NCBI GenBank assembly: GCA_043754535.1
Contig: JAYUUN010000093.1
Location: 19,590-83,589, forward strand
Origin: Chloroflexota bacterium
Lineage (GTDB): Bacteria > Chloroflexota > Chloroflexia > QHBQ01
Direction of reading: 5' to 3'
Length of the DNA: 64,000 bases
This document shows, in pieces, positions 37,548-45,413 of this stretch. The notes under the pieces are model-generated. The model was not told the DNA's origin. It did no database searches and saw only the letters and a program-made list of their open reading frames with translations. Position 1 is the stretch's first letter. Every line of letters begins with the position of its first letter. A program made the translations under genes and the position numbers.

Positions 37548-39743
37548 ATGAGAGATCGTCGCTTGCTCCTGCTACTCGTCCCGCTACTGCTCCTACTCCT
37601 GCTCTGGTGGGCAGGCACTGGCAGCACAGTACTGCGCGTAGCCAGCGGGTCAGCGGGCAGCAGTGCGCGCATCCTTGACCAGAAGGTTGGCCTCGCTGCC
37701 AGCCTCGACCTGGGCCAGCCGCCCGTCCTCTATCAGGCTGACGCACTGCTACACGGCAGTGGCTGGCTCGGCTGGCTGGCACGGGCGCAGGCACTACGCC
37801 CCAGCCTCGCCTGGCAAGATCGCGGGGCCGGGCTGGCTGAGGTGAGCGGGGTCGATCTCGCAGGCGGGGGGGTAGCGACTGGGCTGGTGTACGCTGGACT
37901 GGACGGTCGCCAGTACTTGCTGCTGCTGCAACCGGATGATCGCAGTGTCGCCTGGTGGTCACTGGTCAATGGTAAGCCTGCGGAGCAGCTAGCCAGCGCA
38001 ACCTACACCCCTAACTTTCTGCTGGCCCTACAAACGCTGCTGGGCGAAGTGGCCCTGGTCGGCCTCTACGCCTGCCTGCTGCTGCTGCTAGTGTTGCTAG
38101 TCGGTGGGCTGCTGCGGTTGGCTGGGGCGGGGAGTTGGTCGCTAGCGGCTAAACCACAATGGCAGCAGTGGGCGTGGCTTGTGCCATTGCTCATCTTCGC
38201 CGTCGCCTTGCTAGCTACGGGCTATGTCGCATACAACGTACTGGAGGCGGTGCCACACGTGCAAGACGGTGCAGCCTACCTGTTCCAGAGCCGCATCTTC
38301 GCTGAGGGCCGCCTGCGCGTTCCTGACCCCGGCCTGCCACTGCACGCTGCCCTCGACCACGCCTACGTCCTGTTCTACGACGGCGCGTGGTTCAGCAAGT
38401 ACCCGCCCGGCTACCCACTGGTACTGGCGGTCGGCACCCTGCTGGGCCAACCCGCGATTGTCGATCCGTTCTGCACTGCCGCCGCCCTGGTCTTCGTCTA
38501 CCTCAGCGGCAAGAGCTTGGTGGGGGTAAGGGTGGGGCTGCTGGCAACGGGGTTGGGCCTGACCTCACCCTTTCTACTCACCATGTCTGGCTCCTTCCTC
38601 TCCCACAGCCTGGGCTTGCTCTGTACTGCTGCCTTCCTCTACTTCTTCATCCAGGCAACGCACCTGGGTGCAGGCACGGTGATTGACCAGCCAACAACCC
38701 TGCAAGGTGGGCGGAGGGCCTGGCCCAGGCTGCAACCAGCCCTCTACCCACTACTCGCTGGCCTCAGCATAGGCTGGCTGGCGATCACCCGCGAACTGAC
38801 AGCGGTTGGTGTCGCTGCGCCGTTCGTCGTCTACGCCGTCGCCGACCTCTTGCGCCAGCGCGATGGACTGACCCTACGCCGCTACCTGTTGATGGTGGCG
38901 GGCGCGTTGCCACCAATCATCTTCCTCCTGCTTGACAACCGGGTATTGACCGGCGGCTTCCTAACCTTTCCCCACGACTTGCAGGGCGACTTCGACAAGC
39001 TCGGCTTCGGCCCTGGCATCGGCGGCACCGCTGGGGGCCACACCCCCGCCCTCGGCCTGGTCAACGCCGCCACCTACCTGCGGACGCTAGCCGAGGTACT
39101 TTTTGGCTGGCCCGCTCCCTTCACTTTCAGCTTTGCGCTGCTGGGTCTCTGCCTGCCCCCACTGGCAAGCAGAGCAAGTAGGTCGCAATGCAGCCTGGTG
39201 CGACCCGAAATCCTGCTGTTCGCCCCGATCCTCAGCCTGGCAAGTGGCTACTACTTCTGGTGGGCAGCAGCGCGGGTGTTCGGCCCCCGCTACTGGTACG
39301 AGATGCTACCCTTCCTCTGCATCCTCACCGCCCTCGGCGTATGCAAGCTGGCCGCCCTGTTCCCGGCGCAGAGGGGGAGGGGGACAGCCTGGGCAGCAGG
39401 GCTGCTGCTGGCCCTGCTGATCAGCTACAACCTGAGTGGCTATTTGCCTACTTACCTGGAGGGCTACCGGGGCTACAATGACCTAAGCGGGCTGGCACGC
39501 GATACAGTGCAAAGGGCAGGGCTGCGCCGCGCAATAGTCTTCGTCACCCTCGACCGTGATGCGCCGCGCAAGGATTACAGCAAGGTGTTTTGGCTCAACG
39601 ACCCGCTGCTGAACAAGGGGGGCGACGCAGTGATCTACCTGCGCGACCTGGGTGACGAGCAGAACCAGGCCGCCGCCCGCGCCCTCCCCGGCTGGCCCAG
39701 CTATCGGCTGGACGGCGACAGGTTGACCGCAATCACTCGCTAG
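37548..39743 (+). CDS. GT-C (PMT_2/ArnT-like) membrane glycosyltransferase
   Basis: 731 aa. I moved the start to the ATG at 37548 because the track start at 37503 lies upstream of the -10 element and overlaps the terminator. The motifs are YYFWW...RYWYEMLPFL and an Asp-containing first loop (HVQDGAAY). Confidence 0.7.
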   Translation: MRDRRLLLLLVPLLLLLLLWWAGTGSTVLRVASGSAGSSARILDQKVGLAASLDLGQPPVLYQADALLHGSGWLGWLARAQALRPSLAWQDRGAGLAEVSGVDLAGGGVATGLVYAGLDGRQYLLLLQPDDRSVAWWSLVNGKPAEQLASATYTPNFLLALQTLLGEVALVGLYACLLLLLVLLVGGLLRLAGAGSWSLAAKPQWQQWAWLVPLLIFAVALLATGYVAYNVLEAVPHVQDGAAYLFQSRIFAEGRLRVPDPGLPLHAALDHAYVLFYDGAWFSKYPPGYPLVLAVGTLLGQPAIVDPFCTAAALVFVYLSGKSLVGVRVGLLATGLGLTSPFLLTMSGSFLSHSLGLLCTAAFLYFFIQATHLGAGTVIDQPTTLQGGRRAWPRLQPALYPLLAGLSIGWLAITRELTAVGVAAPFVVYAVADLLRQRDGLTLRRYLLMVAGALPPIIFLLLDNRVLTGGFLTFPHDLQGDFDKLGFGPGIGGTAGGHTPALGLVNAATYLRTLAEVLFGWPAPFTFSFALLGLCLPPLASRASRSQCSLVRPEILLFAPILSLASGYYFWWAAARVFGPRYWYEMLPFLCILTALGVCKLAALFPAQRGRGTAWAAGLLLALLISYNLSGYLPTYLEGYRGYNDLSGLARDTVQRAGLRRAIVFVTLDRDAPRKDYSKVFWLNDPLLNKGGDAVIYLRDLGDEQNQAAARALPGWPSYRLDGDRLTAITR

Positions 39744-40525
39744 TCCTTCTTGCCGATAGCTACGATGGAGAGGCCCAGCGGCAGGTTGAGCTTCTCCTCC
39801 AGGCGGAAGATAGGCATCAAGAAGTTAAAGAGGCGCAACTGACCGCTAGGCAGCAAGGGACGGCGCAAGATGCGCGCGTTCAGCCACCAACCAAGGATAC
39901 CAGGGAGGTTCATCCGCCACGAGGTTTCGATGCGGAAACCTGCCCGCTCCATCAAAGCAACCACCTCGCTGTACTTGTAGCGACGATAGTGGTCAAGGTA
40001 GTAGTCCAACGTGCCATAGAGCCAGCGGCCAGCGGGGACGAGCAGTAGCAGGCGGCCACCCGGCTCCAGCACCTCATACATATGGCGCAGGGCTAGTTCG
40101 TCGTCGGGGATGTGTTCCAGGACGTTGACGCAGATCACCGTATCGAAGCGCAAGGGCTTGAGGCTGGCGACGAGTTCTGGGTTGAGGATGTCTCCAACAG
40201 CGGGTAGCACGTGGTCGGTATGCAAATAGCGGGTTTGCAGCGACTCGATGGCCTCTGGCACCGGGTCAACCGCCACCACCTTCTCGCGGTCTACAAAGTA
40301 GTAGGTGAAATTACCGATGCCGCAGCCCACTTCAAGGATGCGCTGCCCTGCATATGGGCGCAGCCGCTGCCAAATGAAATCGTTGTAGCGGCTGACCGAG
40401 GCCATACGCCGCAGCGTCTCTGAGCCAACCTGAAGATCGGCAACCGACTTCCCTTCGCGCAGTCGCCGCGCCCGCAGTTCCTCCGCTCGCTCCTGTTCGC
40501 GCAGATAAGCACGCAAGGCCCGCAT
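39740..40525 (-). CDS. class I SAM-dependent methyltransferase, paralog of 17894..18961
   Basis: Motif I is ILEVGCGIGNF, with ...VICVNVLEHIPDD. I set the start at the internal Met at 40525 because the track N-terminus would overlap the GT2 gene. Confidence 0.7.
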   Translation of the reverse strand: MRALRAYLREQERAEELRARRLREGKSVADLQVGSETLRRMASVSRYNDFIWQRLRPYAGQRILEVGCGIGNFTYYFVDREKVVAVDPVPEAIESLQTRYLHTDHVLPAVGDILNPELVASLKPLRFDTVICVNVLEHIPDDELALRHMYEVLEPGGRLLLLVPAGRWLYGTLDYYLDHYRRYKYSEVVALMERAGFRIETSWRMNLPGILGWWLNARILRRPLLPSGQLRLFNFLMPIFRLEEKLNLPLGLSIVAIGKKD

Positions 40526-40563
40526 CTTCACTGTTGATCGCTCCTCTCCGCCAGTTGTCTGGC

Positions 40564-41277
40564 TCAACCGACGAAGCGGTACTTGACCAACGCCCACAAA
40601 GCCTGCGGGCCGTCGCGCCAGATGTTCAGCTTCTTGCCCTCCTGAATATCGCGGCCATAGTAGGAGATCGGCACCTCGTAGATGCGGTAGCCACGCTTGA
40701 GCAGCTTGGCAGTGATCTCCGGCTCGAAGTTGAAGCGTTCGCACTGAATGTCGATCCCCTGGATCACCTCGCGGCGGAATGCCTTGTAGCCAGTCTCCAT
40801 GTCGGTGAGGATCGTATTGTAGAGGATGTTGGTGATCAGGTTCAACACCTTGTTGCCCATATAGTTGGCGAAGGCGAAGGCGCGGTGGGTGCCGAGGAAG
40901 CGCGAACCATAGACTACCTGGGCATTGCCGCGCATAATCGGGGCGATCAACTGGGGGTAGTCGGCGGGGTCGTACTCAAGGTCGGCATCCTGCACGATCA
41001 CGATCTCGTTGCTCGCGTACTTGAAGCCGGTACGCAGAGCCGCCCCTTTGCCGCGATTGCGGGCCTGGAAGAAGATACGCACGGGGGTCGCGTCGTCAAG
41101 GGGGAGATTACGCAGGATGTCGCGGGTGCCGTCGGTCGAACAATCATCTACGATGATGATTTCCTTCTCGAACGGGGTATCTTTGACCCGCTGGATAATC
41201 TGCTCGATAGTATCTCTCTCGTTGTAGCAGGGGATGACGATAGATAGACGCATCAGCGGCTTCGCTCCTCTTTGCAA
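40564..41277 (-). CDS. glycosyltransferase family 2, Dpm1-like polyprenyl-phosphate sugar synthase candidate
   Basis: LSIVIPCYNERDTIEQII...IIIVDDCSTDGT...VQDADLEYDP are the GT2 DxD/ED motifs. Confidence 0.85.
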   Translation of the reverse strand: MQRGAKPLMRLSIVIPCYNERDTIEQIIQRVKDTPFEKEIIIVDDCSTDGTRDILRNLPLDDATPVRIFFQARNRGKGAALRTGFKYASNEIVIVQDADLEYDPADYPQLIAPIMRGNAQVVYGSRFLGTHRAFAFANYMGNKVLNLITNILYNTILTDMETGYKAFRREVIQGIDIQCERFNFEPEITAKLLKRGYRIYEVPISYYGRDIQEGKKLNIWRDGPQALWALVKYRFVG

Positions 41278-41359
41278 TCATGAAAATAGCAGCGTTGTTG
41301 GGCTGCAATCGCAACAATGCGGCAATGATATACAATCTGGCTACTGGCTGTCAAGCCTG

Positions 41360-41791
41360 TTAGCCCGCCGCCAACTCTCGCGTGGCCTTGTAATTGGCAG
41401 GCAGCCTGCGGCCCTCTGCCGTCAGCAAGTGGCTCAGTTCGTCTACGGCCTGGCGCAGCAGCGTCTTGAGCAAGCCAATGTGGGTGCGCTTGCTAGACAT
41501 CACGATCAGCGTCCACTGGCCGCCAACCGGCTCGGCGATGATGTTCTCCTCTGCGCCATGCTGAAAGAGGACACGAAAATCCTTCTCCTTCAACAGCCGC
41601 CCCACCGCCTGCGAACTAGCAACTGTCGAGGCGAGCAGAGCCGCCAGACTGGCGACCTCCTGGCGGTAGTCGTCGCCCTGCGAGGAGACTACCTGGCCCT
41701 CCCCATCTAGCAGCATCACGTGGCTGGCCCCGGTATCATCTACCAGCCGCTTCAGATAAGCCGCCACCAAAGTGATGCGTTCCACTTCCAT
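41360..41791 (-). CDS. Roadblock/LC7 (MglB-like) domain protein
   Basis: AGGGGG lies upstream of the ATG at 41791 (MEVERITLVAAYLKRLVDDTGASHVMLLDGEGQVV...). The fold-family assignment rests on pattern similarity. Confidence 0.55.
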   Translation of the reverse strand: MEVERITLVAAYLKRLVDDTGASHVMLLDGEGQVVSSQGDDYRQEVASLAALLASTVASSQAVGRLLKEKDFRVLFQHGAEENIIAEPVGGQWTLIVMSSKRTHIGLLKTLLRQAVDELSHLLTAEGRRLPANYKATRELAAG

Positions 41792-41840
41792 CAGCTTCCA
41801 CCCCCTGCCCTTTCGCTCCGCACAACGTAGCCTCATTATA

Positions 41841-42650
41841 CTACTTTTGGCGCACCAGGTGTGGAAGCGGCACTCCCCCACCTGCGGGGCTGTTGTGCGC
41901 CCATAACTCCACCACCCAGTCTGTGCTGCCCACGAAGACGAATTCGCCGTTAGCTAGGCTGGGGTTGGCAGCGGCAGCGACTATCGCCTCGGCGAACTGG
42001 GCGACAGTGGGCAGGCCGCCAGCCTGCTCCTTGCGGGCGGCGATCAGGCCGGGATTCTGGCGTTGCATCAGCTTGGGGGTAATAGTCCCCTCGATCAGGT
42101 CGCCACTGACAAAGAGCAGACGCAGGCCAAGGCTGCTGAACTCGCCCAGGCGCGCTTGCAGGGCGCGTTCGCCCGCCTGCTTGCTCTCGGCCACCGCCTC
42201 GTAGCCAGGGTAGACTGGCTTCTCGCCGTAGAAGTGAGCCAGGTGGCTGGTGACGAAGATGATGGTGCTACCTGCGACCAGCAGTGGCAGAGCGAGGTCA
42301 ACCGCCCGCATCTGCCCCACCACGTTCAGCTTCATCGCGTAATCTGCCCCCTTATCCTTCTCCAGGCCACCGCTGGCGTTGAGGATCAGCAGATCAAGGC
42401 GGCCAAACTGGGCGGCAACGGCGGCGTACATGGCGGCCATCTCGCCCGCAGCGGTCAGGTCGGCCCTGACGACGAGCGCACGGCGACCAGCGGCCTCTAT
42501 CTCGCCAGCCACCTCCTCAGCCCGCGCCCGCTTGCTGCGGTAGTTGACCACCACATCTGCACCACGCCCCGCGAGCAGGCGAGCCACCTCTGCCCCGATT
42601 CCCCGCGACGCGCCAGTAACCAGGGCTATCTTGCCAGCAAGTTCGTTCAT
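41841..42650 (-). CDS. SDR-family oxidoreductase
   Basis: The cofactor motif is TGASRGIG and an N...Y...K catalytic region follows. Confidence 0.85.
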   Translation of the reverse strand: MNELAGKIALVTGASRGIGAEVARLLAGRGADVVVNYRSKRARAEEVAGEIEAAGRRALVVRADLTAAGEMAAMYAAVAAQFGRLDLLILNASGGLEKDKGADYAMKLNVVGQMRAVDLALPLLVAGSTIIFVTSHLAHFYGEKPVYPGYEAVAESKQAGERALQARLGEFSSLGLRLLFVSGDLIEGTITPKLMQRQNPGLIAARKEQAGGLPTVAQFAEAIVAAAANPSLANGEFVFVGSTDWVVELWAHNSPAGGGVPLPHLVRQK

Positions 42651-42663
42651 CCTCCCCTTCCTT

Positions 42664-43224
42664 TCAACAGCATACTAGCAACAAAGATAATCCTCCGCGC
42701 AAGCGATCCTGTCCGCAGAGGTCCAGATACTCGCAGCCACGGCAGCGGGCGGGCGCATCATGGTTGGGGGCCACGTCGACGGCGTGCTGCTCAGCCCGCA
42801 AGTCAGCCAGGGTCTCAAGCACCCACTCGCGCTCTGCTGCGCCATATTCTAGCTCGAAAGTCCGCTCTGGATAGCGCAGGATGCCGTATGGTGGGGTCAC
42901 ACCGTACTCCTCCTCCACCAACAGGCAGTAGACGAACAACTGGATGCGCTGGCTGTCGTAAGGTTCGCGGGGAGTGCGGCCCGTCTTGACCTCCACCGGG
43001 ATGATCGTTGCGCCGTCGCGCACCAGGTAGTCTGGCTTGCCACTCAGACCGTAGCGGCGGGAAACGAGGGGGGGAGCGGCTTGCTCTCCCGCGCGCACTG
43101 TGTCCTGATAGATGACCGCGCCAACCGGCAGACCGCTCGCCCGCTGCCCCAGCCCCGTCCGCAGGGCGAAGTAGAGGGCGGCGGCCAGCAGCAGCAAGGT
43201 GATAGCCAGCAGCAGGTTAGCCAC
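42664..43224 (-). CDS. standalone Cas4-like PD-(D/E)xK nuclease (DUF83-type) with an N-terminal TM anchor
   Basis: The N-terminal helix is LLLAITLLLLAAALYFAL. The nuclease motifs are D...EVK (IIPVEVKTG) and a QxxxY-like region (SQRIQLFVYCLL). Four Cys in the Cas4 pattern C...Cx2Cx5C (CRGCEYLDLC) fit an Fe-S cluster. No CRISPR array or other cas genes are present in the window. Confidence 0.6.
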   Translation of the reverse strand: MANLLLAITLLLLAAALYFALRTGLGQRASGLPVGAVIYQDTVRAGEQAAPPLVSRRYGLSGKPDYLVRDGATIIPVEVKTGRTPREPYDSQRIQLFVYCLLVEEEYGVTPPYGILRYPERTFELEYGAAEREWVLETLADLRAEQHAVDVAPNHDAPARCRGCEYLDLCGQDRLRGGLSLLLVCC

Positions 43225-43226
43225 CG

Positions 43227-43856
43227 CTATTCCCCCACCCGGCGGCTGAAGGCAGCCAGGACGCGGGCGACGACCATCTCGATTGCCACCCGATTGTGGC
43301 CGCCACGAGGGATGATCACGTCAGCGTAGCGTTTGCTCGGCTCCACAAAGTCCAGGTACATTGGGCGCACTGTCTTGAGATATTGCTCTATCACCTGCTC
43401 CGGGTCGCGCCCTCGCTCGCGCAAATCGCGTTGCAGGCGGCGGATGAAGCGCAGGCCTGCGTCGGTATCTACGAACACCTTGATCGCAAACAGGTCGCGC
43501 AGAGCGGGATCAGCGAAGATCAGGATACCCTCTACCAGGATCACCGGGCGCGACTCGATCCGTTCGCTCTGCTCTAGCCTAGTGTAGTTGGTGTAGTCAT
43601 AGCGTGGTCGCTCTATGGTCGCCCCCGCTTGCAGGGCGCGCACATGAGCGGCCAAGAGGTCAGTCTCCAACGCCGAGGGGTGGTCATAGTTGATATTGCG
43701 TCGCTCGTCCAGGGGCAGGTGGCTGTAGTCGCGGTAGTAGAGGTCGTGGGGTAGCAAGGCGACGTTCGTCTCGCCGACGGCAGCAACGATGGCCCGGCTC
43801 ACCGTTGTCTTGCCGCTGCCACTGCCACCCGCTACCCCGATCACCAATGGTTGCAT
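43227..43856 (-). CDS. udk: uridine kinase
   Basis: The P-loop is GVAGGSGSGKTT and the udk-type core follows. I set the start at the ATG at 43856 (MQPLV), because the -10 box lies at 43883..43888. Confidence 0.85.
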   Translation of the reverse strand: MQPLVIGVAGGSGSGKTTVSRAIVAAVGETNVALLPHDLYYRDYSHLPLDERRNINYDHPSALETDLLAAHVRALQAGATIERPRYDYTNYTRLEQSERIESRPVILVEGILIFADPALRDLFAIKVFVDTDAGLRFIRRLQRDLRERGRDPEQVIEQYLKTVRPMYLDFVEPSKRYADVIIPRGGHNRVAIEMVVARVLAAFSRRVGE

Positions 43857-43882
43857 CGTCCACACTACCTCCAAGATGGCGC

Positions 43883-43893
43883 ATTATACCACA
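43883..43893 (-). promoter_or_regulatory. extended -10 element TGTGGTATAAT for the leftward udk operon
   Basis: It is the left arm of a 16-bp inverted repeat whose partner is the divergent promoter at 43951..43966. Confidence 0.5.
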
Positions 43894-43950
43894 GCTCAGC
43901 GGCGGCGTGGGGCCAAGGTGCTACGAACGGGCGGCCAAAAAGCTGGGTGG

Positions 43951-43961
43951 TGTGCTATAAT
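43951..43961 (+). promoter_or_regulatory. extended -10 element TGTGCTATAAT for the comB-like gene
   Basis: GGTGTGCTATAATGCGCC is the mirror of GGCGCATTATACCACA at 43879..43894. Confidence 0.5.
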
Positions 43962-43991
43962 GCGCCATAGTATGAGAAAGGAGTATCTAGC

Positions 43992-45068
43992 TTGAACATC
44001 GAAATGGCCCTGCTCCCCAGTCTGGTACGCGAGGCCGACCAGCAGGTTTGCATCGTAGTAGATGTACTGCGAGCGACCAGCACCATCTCCGCCTTCTTCG
44101 AGCGTGGCATCAGCGAGGTCTACATTGGCAGCGACCTGGACGAGGTGGCAGCGATAGCAGATAGCATCCCTGGCTGCGTCAAGGGGGGTGAGCGCGGGGG
44201 GATGGCCCCGCCCGGCTTCCAATTCTCCAACTCGCCGACGCAGATTCTGGCTAGCCAGCTTGACCTGACTGGCCTCAGTGCGGCCTTCAGCACCACGAAC
44301 GGCACGCGAGCGATGGTCGAACTCTACCGCGCCGGTGCGCCAGTCGTCTTTTCGGGCTGCGTGCGGAACGGCCCTGCGGTCGCGGCGGCGGCTCTCCAGG
44401 CGGCCCGCGAGCGGGGCTGCCACGTCACAGTGGTTGCCAGTGGGCGCGAACATGGCAGCAAGATTTGCCTCGAAGATGTGATCGTCGGGGGCTACCTCGT
44501 CTACCTGTTGCGGCAAGAGGCGAAGCTAGACAATCGCCCAGCCAGCATGATCGCTCAACTGATCGCCCAGGACGACGACCCCGACTATGTAGCCCTTGAC
44601 CACTCGCCAGTCAAGGCCCGCCACTTCGTCGGCGACGAGGTAGCCGCCGAGTTGGAGGAGGAACAGCATGGGGCGATCACCCGCTACCCCTTCATCCCCT
44701 TCAATGCCGTGCCAGCCAGCCCCGCTAAGGACGCAGGTCAGGACAAGCAGAGCAAGGCTCCGTTCAAGTGGCGCAAGGGCAGTGCGGCAGCGCGGATGGT
44801 GGAGGAGGGCGCAACGCTGGCCCTGCGTCTCTACTTCAGCTACGTAGGTGAATATAATGACAACCCGGCCCGCCCATCGCGGCGCGCTCTGCTGGCAGCG
44901 ATCAACGAGTGCAGTGGGGGCCACCACCTCTTGCGCTACGGTTGGGCTGCCGACAGCGTAGCCGTCTCCGATGCTGGGGTATGCGAGGTCGCGCCCTACC
45001 TGACCGCCGAAGCTGGCCGCCTGGTATTGCGCCCCTACCAAGCCACCCCCGTCGAAACCCCGCAGTAA
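43992..45068 (+). CDS. 2-phosphosulfolactate phosphatase (ComB) family protein with a ~120-aa C-terminal extension
   Basis: The N-terminus is ...VDVLRATSTISAFFERGI...FSNSP.... It has a TTG start with AAAGGAG 9 nt upstream. Confidence 0.65.
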   Translation: MNIEMALLPSLVREADQQVCIVVDVLRATSTISAFFERGISEVYIGSDLDEVAAIADSIPGCVKGGERGGMAPPGFQFSNSPTQILASQLDLTGLSAAFSTTNGTRAMVELYRAGAPVVFSGCVRNGPAVAAAALQAARERGCHVTVVASGREHGSKICLEDVIVGGYLVYLLRQEAKLDNRPASMIAQLIAQDDDPDYVALDHSPVKARHFVGDEVAAELEEEQHGAITRYPFIPFNAVPASPAKDAGQDKQSKAPFKWRKGSAAARMVEEGATLALRLYFSYVGEYNDNPARPSRRALLAAINECSGGHHLLRYGWAADSVAVSDAGVCEVAPYLTAEAGRLVLRPYQATPVETPQ

Positions 45069-45239
45069 CTCCCCTATCTTCCCCTGGAGCGTCGCCGCCC
45101 CAACCCGCACGCCGCAGTGCGTCCCCTCTCCACCTGGCTATCAGCCTGCTGAGTGGCAGCAAGTACCGCATGATCTCTAGCCGCCGAGCCACTAGCCCTT
45201 GCACTCAGCACCCCTAACCGACTTCTAACCTACCGCAAC

Positions 45240-45269
45240 TTGACCAGGCGCAGGTGGGGCGGGTATAAT
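45240..45269 (+). promoter_or_regulatory. sigma70-type promoter, TTGACC-18-TATAAT
   Basis: It lies upstream of the PBP gene. Confidence 0.5.
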
Positions 45270-45413
45270 TAGCTGCGCTTTGCTTCAGTGTAGGGGCAAA
45301 CGTGCGCCACAAAGTAGCAGATTGGTTGCCAGTAGCTAGTCAGCTAAAATAGACGATGCTGTTTAGTGCTGTCGGGCCGTGCAAATTGAGCAGAGCAGAG
45401 CAGAAAAGGTTAA

